Source of the DNA: Chara braunii
Taxonomy: Eukaryota > Plantae > Charophyceae
DNA: 64,000 bases
Direction: 5' to 3'
Assembly (NCBI GenBank): GCA_003427395.1
Contig: BFEA01000026.1
Coordinates: forward strand, 5,113,860-5,177,859
Both the position numbers and the translations under genes were made by a program. Under the pieces are notes generated by a model. That model worked only from the letters and a program-made list of their open reading frames with translations. It was not told where the DNA came from and searched no databases. Position 1 is the first letter of the stretch. The number at the start of each line of letters is the position of its first letter. Shown here piece after piece: positions 39,998 to 50,600 of this stretch.

Positions 39998-40375
39998 TAG
40001 TCTTGCATTCCCAAGATTTGCCTTCCTGTCTGGTGGGCAGGGAGAGGAGGCCCCAGGCAGGTGCCATGGGGCAAGGAATCTAGACTGAAAGTTGCCCCAA
40101 ATGCAGCTAGAGTGACCCCCCCTCCATTCGGGGGAAGGCGGTAGTCTTACATGGCCATGATTTTCCTTCCTGGCTGGTAGGCCGGGAGAGGAAGCCCCAG
40201 GCGGAGGCAGGTGCCATGGGGCAAGGAATCTGGACTGTAAGTTGTCACAAATGCAGCTAGAGTGACCCGGCCTTCTATTCGGGGGAAGGCGGTAGTCTTA
40301 CATGGCCATGATTTTCCTTCCTGGCTGGTAGGCCGGGACAGGAAGCCCCAGGCAGAGGCAGGTGCCATGGGGCAA
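39935..40375 (+). repeat. Three ~145-150-bp tandem units built from the right half of the MITE plus flank
   Basis: Units start CT(A/G)GACTG.AAGTTG at ~39935, 40080 and 40230. Confidence 0.85.
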
Positions 40376-40585
40376 TGACGGTTTTCTACCGTTCTACTCG
40401 TAGTCCAGGTTTGGGATCCCCTCTTGTTCAGAGTTGGTCAACCAACCCACAACATCTGGTTTGGCGCACCGAACCTGCTGGTTTGGGAGGTTTGGTAGGG
40501 GGCAGCGTCTTTTAGGATGCATCACTACCGAACCAGCGGGTCGGTGAGGTCTGTGCGGAAAGGCTCCAAGATAGGTAGTCATGGC

Positions 40586-40893
40586 TTAAACCGCCAGTAC
40601 ATGGCCCAAGCCTTGCTGAAAAGAAAACTTGTCGCCTACAAAATTTTCGGAGGCGCAGCGCCGTAGATAAATCAAATCGGCGGCGGGAGGCCGCCGAAAA
40701 GGGCCCGCGGCCGATAGCTGGATGTACTGGTGGTTTAAACCACCAGTACTTGGCCCAGCTATCGGCCGCGAAAAAAAATAGAGGAGAAAACGTTTCTAGT
40801 TGGATGAATTTGGCCGCTCCTGTAGTGTCCCGTACGTTTCCTAAAATCATGGCGCGTTAATGGGCACGCCTTCAGGAAGTACTGGTGGTTTAA
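40586..40893. mobile_element. Two adjacent TTAA-bounded MITEs (40590-40734 and 40739-40889)
   Basis: TTAA-ACCGCCAGTAC...GTACTGGTGGT-TTAA-ACCACCAGTAC...GTACTGGTGGT-TTAA. Confidence 0.75.
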
Positions 40894-41099
40894 GGTGCTC
40901 GGGAAAGAGATTTCACTTTCAATCTGACTGCTGCGGTACTTGGGAACCTCCACCGCACTTCAGGACCACCAGTTAGGCGATTCCTGTGTGTATCAGATGT
41001 TAGCTCTAGCTATAGATTTCCCGAGACGTTAGCTCTAGCTCTAGATTGGTGCCCCAGACATTAGCTCTAGCTTTAGATTCCCAAGTCGAAATAGTACTA

Positions 41100-41203
41100 C
41101 CGTATTCACCCGAATAGCAGTACGGTCATTATCGCTGTACCTGGATCGGAAGTTGCACCAGATGCAGGTAGAATGACCGGGCGCTCTATTCGGGTGAAGA
41201 CGG
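41100..41203. mobile_element. Tc1/mariner-type MITE, copy 2
   Basis: TA-CCGTATTCACCCGAATAG...CTATTCGGGTGAAGACGG-TA. Confidence 0.75.
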
Positions 41204-41439
41204 TATTGTCATCCTGCCACGAGACCGACCATCTTTGCACTGCTAGGACTTTCGTACTAGACGTATCTCAATTGCAAGTTTGCAACCCAGAAAGTACAAG
41301 TGTGATTTGCCTAGGATGGACAGTTCCCTTTAACTTTATTCCAATTTGTTGAGCAAAAGGATGACTTCCTTGCTCAGAAAAAAATCAATTTATATATATC
41401 TATATCTATATCTATCTATCTATCTATAATATATATTTC

Positions 41440-42608
41440 ACTCTTCGCGAAAAAGATAATCAGCTTTTTCAATGCGAAGGCATTCGACGATGTTGGATTG
41501 TTCAGAGCAGTGACGAGGTCATGCTTGACCTAAAAAAGAATAAAGCATCTCTTCGAGGTCTGGTCCCTCATACGGTCGATTTTACTACCATGTATACTAA
41601 TCTTCCTCATCAACGCATTCATAACAATGTTGCTAACGCCGTTGATGATGCACATGCCTACGCTCTTGCACAGGCACAACAGCATACACGGACACGTTCA
41701 TCCAGTATTGCTCTTCGTATGGTGGTCCGTGGACCGCGTGCAGGGGAGTGGACAACCGATACAGGACCTGACACTCTTTCTTCGGACATTCTTCAACATC
41801 TTCGTTTTATTGTTACTAATACATATTTATATACAGCGGATGGCCTTGTGCGTCATCAAGACGTCGGTATCCCTATGGGGACAAATGCTGGTCCTGAGAT
41901 TGCTAATCTTACACTTTATTGGGATGAGGCGCAGTACGTGGACAACCTGCAACGTGTGGATCCTTCCGCTGCTCGACAATATGCTTTCACTTATCGTTTC
42001 ATTGATGATGTCCTCACTTTCGGTTGCCTCCCGCCATCGCCAGCCTGTTATGGTCTGGAATGGAAGGAGACAATGGATCCTGGTGGTTCTTGCACTTTCT
42101 TAGGTGCGAAGCTGCAGACACGCACAGATGGGTCCCTTCGATTGAGTGTGTATGATAAGACTGTTGCATGGGGTTTCCCTGTTATACGATACCCTAGTGC
42201 AAAGTCAAACATTCCATCTCATCAGCCTGCAGGTGTGTTCACTGGCCAGCTTACGCGGTTTGAGCAGATTTGTGACAATTGGCATGATTTTAAAACGGCA
42301 GCAGCTTTGCTTGCCCGCCNTTTNCTTTCCCGTGGCCATGTTCNATCAACACTGGCTCGAGGATGAACTTGTTATATTCGTGCTTGCCAGCGTCGGCAGC
42401 CTACACATGTGACGAGACTTACACAATGGTTTCGTCGCATGCTTCATTGGTCCATGCATCATCCTCTTCCACCCTCTCCTCCCCTTGCTACCCCTTCTCC
42501 CCCTCCCCATCCTCCGCCTTCCTCTGTTCCATCTGCTCGTCCTTCTCCTCCCTCTTCCCCTTCCCCTCCTCCTCCTCCTCCTCCTTCCTCTCCTTCTCCT
42601 CCTGTTTC
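41440..42608 (+). pseudogene. Penelope-like reverse transcriptase (partial; one in-frame TGA at 42364-42366)
   Basis: GIRRCWIVQSSDEV, VDFTTMYTNLPH, GIPMGTNAGPEIANL, YRFIDDVL, CTFLG, SVYDK, YPSAKSNIP, GVFTGQLTRF, followed by a Pro-rich linker. Confidence 0.9.
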
Positions 42609-43274
42609 NNNNNNNNNNNNNNNNNNNNNNNNNNNNNNNNNNNNNNNNNNNNNNNNNNNNNNNNNNNNNNNNNNNNNNNNNNNNNNNNNNNNNNNNNNNN
42701 NNNNNNNNNNNNNNNNNNNNNNNNNNNNNNNNNNNNNNNNNNNNNNNNNNNNNNNNNNNNNNNNNNNNNNNNNNNNNNNNNNNNNNNNNNNNNNNNNNNN
42801 NNNNNNNNNNNNNNNNNNNNNNNNNNNNNNNNNNNNNNNNNNNNNNNNNNNNNNNNNNNNNNNNNNNNNNNNNNNNNNNNNNNNNNNNNNNNNNNNNNNN
42901 NNNNNNNNNNNNNNNNNNNNNNNNNNNNNNNNNNNNNNNNNNNNNNNNNNNNNNNNNNNNNNNNNNNNNNNNNNNNNNNNNNNNNNNNNNNNNNNNNNNN
43001 NNNNNNNNNNNNNNNNNNNNNNNNNNNNNNNNNNNNNNNNNNNNNNNNNNNNNNNNNNNNNNNNNNNNNNNNNNNNNNNNNNNNNNNNNNNNNNNNNNNN
43101 NNNNNNNNNNNNNNNNNNNNNNNNNNNNNNNNNNNNNNNNNNNNNNNNNNNNNNNNNNNNNNNNNNNNNNNNNNNNNNNNNNNNNNNNNNNNNNNNNNNN
43201 NNNNNNNNNNNNNNNNNNNNNNNNNNNNNNNNNNNNNNNNNNNNNNNNNNNNNNNNNNNNNNNNNNNNNNNNNN

Positions 43275-43797
43275 ACTCATTCGTGCAGCTGCCCAGTGGG
43301 AACTGTGGGATGGTGGGACGGTGATTCAGGTTATTGTCAACATAAATGAATTCTTGCGAGGTTTGTCGAATCATACACTGTTCTGGATTGTTGAGCGTCT
43401 CTCGCGCGACATTTGTTGGGATAGAGACGTGGTGCGTCTTGGTTGTGGAGTGCATTATCTGTGTCAGCACCATTATCAATTCATTGCGACTGCCGCCGTA
43501 TGTGCGGAAGGGTGTCTAACATTTCCTCATTGTGCACATCCCTATCACCCAGATGTACGTTGTCCTTTCTGTTCCCAAGGACGCTATCAGAACTGCATGA
43601 TGCCGCACTGTGACGAACATCCTGCTGTTTTCTTGACATGTGGGCAACATGTCCTATGTCGGGATTGTTTCGATGGGATGGTTCGTGCTAGCCGTCCGGC
43701 TGAATGCTGTACTAATGCAACTCTCCTTGGGTATTCCTGTGAACATCCCCGTCATCCTCACCGTAGTTGTCCTATCTGCCGAGGGGGTGACAGATGA
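43275..43797 (+). CDS. Cys/His-rich C-terminal region with two RING-like repeats (probable C-terminus of the PLE ORF)
   Basis: ICWD...LGCGVHYLC...CAHPYHPDVRCPFC and CMMPHC...LTCGQHVLCRDC...CEHPRHPHRSCPICR. Linkage to the RT spans a 666-N gap. Confidence 0.55.
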
Positions 43798-44078
43798 AGT
43801 GTAGAAGAAACAGATAAAAAAAGAAACCGAGTAAAAAGATTAAAAAAAGAAAAAAAGGAAAAAGAAACCAAGGAAGGAAAAACACAAAAAAAGAAACCTG
43901 AGAAAAAAAAAAGAAGTTCTGTGGGATGGTAATTGGATTATCTGTGGGATGTGTCACTTGCTTTGTCTGTTTAATAGTCTTTCTTCTTCTGTGAGGTTTG
44001 GTTTCCTCCGCCTTTTCTTTACTTCTTTGCCTTTTGGCTGTGTGCAAGTGGGTCTTTATGACACAAGGGGATGGGGGC

Positions 44079-44139
44079 AGCCAGCGCTCAACCTGTCATC
44101 CACGTGGCTGGCCTTGTACGTAAGAGGTGACGAACAGGT
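44079..44139 (+). ncRNA. Candidate degenerate HDV-like ribozyme fold in the PLE 3' region
   Basis: Crossing helices GCCAGC/GCTGGC and ACCTGT/ACAGGT, loop TCCACG, P4-like hairpin and CGAA before the P2 3' strand. P3 is short and P1.1 is imperfect. Confidence 0.35.
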
Positions 44140-44311
44140 GGGGCTTTCCTTCCTTACTTCTTTTTCTTTTTCTTGTTTTGTCTTTTCTGCCTTTGCGCTC
44201 CGATTTCCAGTGTGACAATATATAGGCCTAAAAAGTGTAACCTGTAAAACGCCAGTTCTTCCCACAACACTCCTTGAAAAGGAATGGGAGATGACTTTCG
44301 CAGTGCCCGTG

Positions 44312-44491
44312 TAAAATTGCAACACATACAGAGAAGATCAGCTTCACTCCCGGGGCCGAGTCCGACATACCGGAATTCTAAATTTCCAGCCATAGATTAC
44401 GAAGATCGACGGCCAGGAATGAACTATCAGTGTAAGTGGGACTTGGCCCCTGTGCAAGGATGACACTCACAAATGGAGAAATGGTCCAAAT
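44312..44491 (+). pseudogene. U6 snRNA pseudogene split by a 101-nt insert (44343-44443)
   Basis: 5' part TAAAATTGCAACACATACAGAGAAGATCAGC; 3' part TGGCCCCTGTGCAAGGATGACACTCACAAATGGAGAAATGGTCCAAAT. Confidence 0.85.
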
Positions 44492-44844
44492 CAAGAATAG
44501 ATTACAAAAAAATGGATGGGATAATTACGAAGACGGATGCGAGAAGTCCCTCCAGATCGCTCTTGAAACCTCCAAGAACCAGCATATGCCCCTATGGATA
44601 TGGTACCTGGCCATGCATTCAGCACTACATCCGTTCTAGTTACCACTATGAGTTGCACGGTGAATGCGGTCTACTTCCGCTTGCCCAAAAAGAGGGGGGA
44701 GAAGTGCATTTCTCCATTATGCATCCCTCTGTATGGTCCTAGAAGCAGATCTAGCTTTGGGACCATACAGGTACTTTTTCTCCCGTATGGTCCCAAGTCT
44801 CTATATCTTCTCTTAAAAGTCCTTCCATCTTGAGGGGTAGCGTT

Positions 44845-45160
44845 CCCTCTGTGTCCCTCTTGAGTCCCTTTCTCTGAGTCTCTCTGAGTCCCTCTCTGTC
44901 AGTCCCTCTGGGTCCCTCTCTCTGATCCCTCTGCGTCCCTCTGTGTGTCTCTGCATCCCTCTGAGTCTCTCTGAGTCTCTCTGAGTCCCTCTGAGTCCCT
45001 CTGAGTCCCTTTGAGGGTGTTTGAGCCCGCCGGAATTGCTAAATTCTCTTGGAATTACCTGACTCCAGTCTCGGTAGTCCTCTGGGTCTCCCTCGGAGTC
45101 CCTCTCAGTTCCTCGTGAGCCCTTTTTGTCCCCTGAGTTCGCTGAGTTCCCTCAGTCTCT
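44845..45160 (+). repeat. Degenerate 10-bp tandem repeat (CTCTGAGTCC)
   Basis: Direct reading. Confidence 0.85.
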
Positions 45161-46118
45161 TGATATGAGTTGATGTACCCTCTCAATGATGCTGTAACTG
45201 CTGTTTCAATTTTTCAATGGTGTCATTTTCGTCTGTTTCCACAAGATCAGGATCCCCGATGGACGCTAACAAGAAACTCAACGTACTTGGGCACCCATTA
45301 GGTATTGCAGGAATCATTGGGAATTTGGTGCTCTGGATGTAACTCTCTCATTGAACGTGAATCTTCCTTGCCGCCGCAGGTACTCTCTGGTCCCAATCTG
45401 AGGGCAAGCTGAGCCAAAACAGGGGCTTCGGATGCGCTACCAAATCTTTTTAAATTCAGAGAAAGACACGAGCTAGTCTGGAGTTCTCACTCTTCTAAGC
45501 CTGATCTTCATGTTTGGCCGCTGTAACATCCTCCCTGAGGTCTATAACTTCTCTCTGATGCCATGGAGGTGGGGACCACAGAGTTTTGATATCATCATTT
45601 TGATCCAGGCCATTCCATGGAGAAATACTATTACTTCGATCCGTGCAGAAGGTGGCGGGGAATGTCTACCCAGGAATGTGAGACTTGGAAAGACGATAGA
45701 TATGCTGATGTCATGTATGACCATGCAACCCCTCTGAGTGTAACTTCAGTAATGAAACAGAGAACTTGAGGAAGGTCCTTACAAACAGAAGGGCAATAAA
45801 CCCTTGACTCTTGGGATCGACATTGGGGGCATTCGACTTTTGGTCAAATTTGGTGAAGAGTGATTACACATTGGTTGCACTGCTCTACCCATCGAGTCAA
45901 GGTTTGCAGAAGCATAATCAGTCAGGCAGATTGGAGGAGAGATGAAGATCCTGTTCTTATTCAAAACAAAAAGGGGAATGAGCCCTTCACTCCTGGGGCA
46001 TCTTACCTTTGACGTTTGACCTGGTGATTGACTCGCACGGAAGATTGACATTGCTTGCATTGCACTCTTCGGCCTCTGAAGGCAACGTTCGCATAGTGAT
46101 GGTCCTTACCACACTACC

Positions 46119-46177
<59 letters not shown>

Positions 46178-46181
46178 NNNN

Positions 46182-46250
<69 letters not shown>

Positions 46251-46586
46251 TTTGTGACATAACAGGCATTAGCATTTGTTGCTAGGCGTATGGGGACAAC
46301 TTAGTTTTTGGGGAGCTGAGCCTCAGAGAGAGGACACTGTTCTGCTTAATGGCAAGGAGTGGGAAACTGTTGCTTTCAGAACATGAAGCAGACGGGCTCA
46401 TGCAACATAGCTAGCCTCATTGCTCAGTCGTGGGAAGTTCCTAATATGAAGGAAGGGGTCAAATGCGAGAGGGAGATAGAGACACCACGTAAGAAAATGC
46501 GGTGTTAGTTTTGGGCAGTTCACAATATGAAGGAGAGAGGAATTGACAACTTGAAGGTTGAGGATACGCAGGAGGAGGTCACCCTA

Positions 46587-46691
46587 CCGTCTTCACCCGA
46601 ATAGAACGCCCGGTCATTATAGCTCTATTTGACGCAGCTTTCAGTCCAGATACGGCCATAATTACCAGGCGTTCTCTTCGGGTGAAGACAG
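46587..46691. mobile_element. Tc1/mariner-type MITE, copy 3 (opposite orientation)
   Basis: TA-CCGTCTTCACCCGAATAGAACG...CGTTCTCTTCGGGTGAAGACAG-TA. Confidence 0.75.
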
Positions 46692-47423
46692 TAGTCAGTC
46701 TGGGAAATCTAGCGTAGATGCCACATTGCCAGCATAGGATGTGGCCTTCGGATTCGACTGGCCTGGTACATTTGAGGACAAGAGGAGCATGAATGGCGCT
46801 ATTTTGGAAGTGGAAGGAAATGCGGCATGAAGGAGTGATTGTGAAACGCCGAAAGGTCCCTTACGTCGGACGTCCGTGCATGTGCATGCACAAGTGAGTC
46901 TGTGTCCATTTGCAACCTGCGCCTTGGGGTTGTCACTGAGAGGACACTCACTTGGCCATCCAGAGAGGTCCTTTTGGTCGCAAAAGGACTCCTTGCATCA
47001 TAGAGCAAGGGTCCCCTTTTTGTGGCTGTAGAAGAACAGAGGTAGGAGACGCCCTCTTCATGACGAAGTAGCAGAGGAACAGGGTAGGGAGCACTCTCTT
47101 TAACATGCAAAAAGGTGCCATTTTGGTTGTAGACTTAAGAACAGCCGCCTGCTGAAAATGTTTTGTAGATTAAGGCAGGTGACGATAGACTTCAGAATTC
47201 GGCAGCAGCTGTTGAAGGCCTTTCAAAATCCAGGGGGTTGAAGTGACCAGCACCCCTGGGTCTCCAATTAAGGTCATTCAGATTATCCCTTTTTTGAGGT
47301 GACATCATTCTCTTTGCGAGCCGAGGGTGCCAAGGGGGTCGCCGTGTGGCAAGTTAGGCGCTCTGACACTTGATCGAGGGGGTTGCGGCGTGGCAAGTTA
47401 GGCGCTCTGACACTTGATAAAAA

Positions 47424-47711
47424 ATGGGTGAGTCGGTTGTGCTCCCACACGTTCAGGGTGCTCCGCCACCGCGCCCACCACAACTCTCTCCGCGTGGTTG
47501 CAAAGGAGACACATATGTTCCAGGAGCCTCGCCACAACGCCCGCCACAAATCTCCCCACCTGCTGCCAAAGGGGATTGGCACTCACAGGGAATAGGCAGT
47601 CCTCCGCCCATGGAAATAAACACAAGGGATTTGCCGGAGAACTTTCGAGTGGGGGTCATCCGAAAGTCGCAGGAGTCCAACGTCATGCTGGTCCGGCCGA
47701 TGCTCGGCAAG
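47424..47711 (+). CDS. CFAP77: Cilia- and flagella-associated protein 77, first coding exon
   Basis: AAAATGG start after in-frame stops. Ends ENFRVGVIRKSQESNVMLVRPMLGK then GTAAGC donor (phase 0). Resembles the CFAP77 N-terminal motif (R.GV.R.S...N....K..LGK) as recalled. Confidence 0.72.
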
Positions 47712-48015
47712 GTAAGCCACTACAAGTAAGGAAGACAAAAAAAAAACAAACGATTGTTTTGACCTAAGCCATCTCATTGCTGATATGGCTCAGCTTCCGA
47801 ACGATACGTGAGACTTTCGCCTCATATGGTTCTTTTTAGAAACTATATTTATTATTTATGTTTGCAACTTTGCGTCCTCTATTTTATCGTATGGATTTGA
47901 TTCAAATGTTTCTGTAACCTAAGACTCCAGGAAATTAGGTCACCATTATCAATGGACTCTTGGTGCAATGGACCACTTCGTGTTTGCAACTCTTTCTTAT
48001 CCAACTCGAAATTGA

Positions 48016-48053
48016 ATGGCCGCTGCACAAGGATGACACGCATAAATCAAGAA
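48016..48053 (+). pseudogene. U6 snRNA 3'-half fragment (in CFAP77 intron 1)
   Basis: ATGGCCGCTGCACAAGGATGACACGCATAAATCAAGAA vs plant U6 ATGGCCCCTGCGCAAGGATGACACGCATAAATCGAGAA. Confidence 0.8.
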
Positions 48054-48079
48054 TTAAAAAGAAAAAGAAATCGAATGAG

Positions 48080-48153
48080 ATTGAGCTGGTGCAGCTGCCA
48101 CTTCACGGCCTTGGACATGTAAGAGTCGCAGGATCGAGTCCCACCCATAGTGG
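48080..48153 (+). pseudogene. Degenerate tRNA-like / SINE head
   Basis: Box A-like TGGTGCAGCTG and box B-like GGATCGAGTCC at tRNA-like spacing. Confidence 0.35.
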
Positions 48154-49559
48154 AAACTTGTGGAAAGTGAAAAATAGAAACGACCGAAAACCTTAGCAGC
48201 ACTATTCAGTTTGGTTCTTCAACCTAGTGTGGCCATGTGCAGAATGATGAATTCCTTGAACAACTAACCTTACTCCACCAAGAACAGAACATGGCAATTA
48301 TGATTACTGTATGTGGCCTGAATGTTGCGCTAGATATGGCTAAAAGGACCCCTCTTTCCCCGCTTTGCAGACAGCTGCAAGGACCCCAACCTGAAATAAC
48401 TCCCCTCTTTATCTACCCTAACTCCCGACTTTACCTACCCTTTTTCGGTCCCGTAAAAAGTTGCAGTGAACGGGAGGAAAGGATCGCATTGCTATCGTCG
48501 TAAAGGGTTGTTCGTACTAGTTCCCCTCTACTTCCCATCTCTTAGGAGGTTGTCTGGCTGGGATGAAGAATACCTATACCTGACTTCTAAATCCAATTAT
48601 AAGTTATGACGTTATTTGAACTCAAAGCAAGTTTAAATGATCCAGAAAAAAAATGATGGGTGTGGGGTCTTCCGGAGTAATGCTATGTGCATTTTACTAT
48701 TTTTTCATGATGACATGAGCACTTTGTGTTCCAGTCGAACGCCGTTATAGAGCTCTAACGAGTAGTCGAGGGGGACATAACCGCGGTTTGAGCCTCACTA
48801 CTGCTATGAGTTAACGCTAGTGCCCAAAGGACATGTATTGTGAATTTGTAACCCCCAAAACTTCATGTATTGTGCATTTGTGACCTCCCAAAACTGCATG
48901 TATCTTGTACAAACCGGAGTCAGGTGAGTTTGGCGACGAGGATGTAATGTAATGTTACATAGTAGAGGCGTTCGCAAGAACGTAAGAGCATATCCAACAC
49001 TTAGGGATTTTCAGACTAAGCTCATAAATTTTCTACAAGCAATTTCCTCTGAAATAATTCCTAGAATAACCTTGTGAGGCAGCCGCCAGGCTGTGGTAGT
49101 GTCACCTTCTATAACCCAAGTCGCACTCGTGAACCCCAAAACTATCTGTCTTGGTGACCGGAACTCTGAACTGTTGACTGTCTCAACTGTCCAGCTCTTG
49201 CCTTGCGAAGAACGAAACTGACGACAGGTGGATTTATGATCATGTAGCTAACCTTCTAACCTTACCATTGGGATAGATGGCAAGCTGGGATAAAAGTTAA
49301 TGATAGGTGGATTTACTCCCACTGGGAAGCAATGGGAAGCTAAGATGTAACGGTGCTTGAAAAAAGAAAATAAGGAATACACTGATGAATGATGGAAAGT
49401 CAAAGATGGAACAGCCCTCTGCGAAAAGAACATCAACCAAAACAAGGAATGAGAAGGAAAGTGAGAAGGAAGAGGGTGAGATTCGGGAGAAAGAATAGTA
49501 GCAGCAGGAGGAAGGGGAGGAAGAGTGGTAGGAGGAGGAAGACGAAGAATATGAAAGCG

Positions 49560-49663
49560 AAAAAAAAAAGGCGAGGAAAAAGAAGATGAAGAAGAAGACG
49601 AAGGTGAGGAGGAGGAGGAGGAGGAGGAGGACGACGACGGCGACGACGACGACGGCGACGAAG

Positions 49664-49694
<31 letters not shown>

Positions 49695-49800
49695 CATGGT
49701 GATATTTGTGCTAATGCTGATGGTGTGAAGCTGATGGTGTGAAGCTGATGGTGATGACGAGTATGATGAAAATGGTGATGATGATGATGATAATGAGGGC
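49560..49800. repeat. GAA/GAG/GAC/GAT trinucleotide low-complexity tract
   Basis: Direct reading. Confidence 0.85.
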
Positions 49801-50515
49801 GATAATGGTTGTTGGGATTATCATTCATTGGACACCATAAGGAGCTTTGCACTACGCTGTGTGACAGACAAATCAATGGAGCTGTTCCCCTGCGGGTCAA
49901 ACCGTAAGAGGTTGGTTTTGTTCTCGGCACTATCTGACGGGCAATGAGCTGTGTATTAGCACACCCATCACTTGTCAGAGTGCTAGGAAACTTGGTTGCC
50001 GAAACTCTTGATGCATGTACGCAGAAGCCATAAGGCTTCTGGCTGTGGATCAGGAGAGCAAGGGCAGGAACATGGGTCGCATTGGCGCAGTGTTCGTTGA
50101 CATGGTAAGCCGCTTATTAACGGATTGCTCATTCCCCTCTCCCTTTCTTCCCGTCCTCCCGCATTGGGAAAGTGAAATCCCAGCCTATATGTACTACCAG
50201 GGCCAAGCTCCACTGGACCATAATTGTGCTACACTAGGGAGAACCTAGTCTGCATTTTGACAAGGTCTATGTTACCTGTACCTGGTCTGCATTTTGACAA
50301 GGTCTGTGTTGTTCCGTACTTAAGTACAATTTGTAACCGCAGTGTGGCCTGGCCTTAACACATCACAGATGTGCCTTGCTCTGAGTTGCCTGTGAATTTA
50401 GAACTTTTGGTCACAGGGATACCCTTTTATTTTGTCTTTTATGTGGATGGTTGGTTTATGGCGTCCTGTGATGTGTGGAGGAGATGGGAGAGTTGCTCAA
50501 CCCCCTTGAGTACAG

Positions 50516-50600
50516 GTACGGCAAGTGACGATGAAGCTCCCCCCTCCTGATTATGTCTATGGGATGCCAAGATCACGTGATCCAGAAGGTGCAAGGGAAG
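50516..50600 (+). CDS. CFAP77: CFAP77 second coding exon
   Basis: TACAG acceptor, VRQVTMKLPPPDYVYGMPRSRDPEGARE, GTAATA donor. In phase with the previous exon and matches the CFAP77 LP...YG.....D.EG.RE motif. Later exons not found in the window. Confidence 0.75.

Larger units (their letters stand above)
41437..44217 (+). mobile_element. 5'-truncated Penelope-like retroelement, Naiad/Chlamys type
   Basis: PLE-type RT begins abruptly after a TA-rich microsatellite (41391-41436). No GIY-YIG motif is seen after the RT in the sequenced part. A 3' UTR runs to a short TATA tract at ~44218. Confidence 0.8.

Noticed and set aside
44343-44443. Intact spliceosomal intron in a functional U6 gene
   Set aside because: No GT/AG boundaries, several substitutions in the U6 parts, and no T-run terminator.
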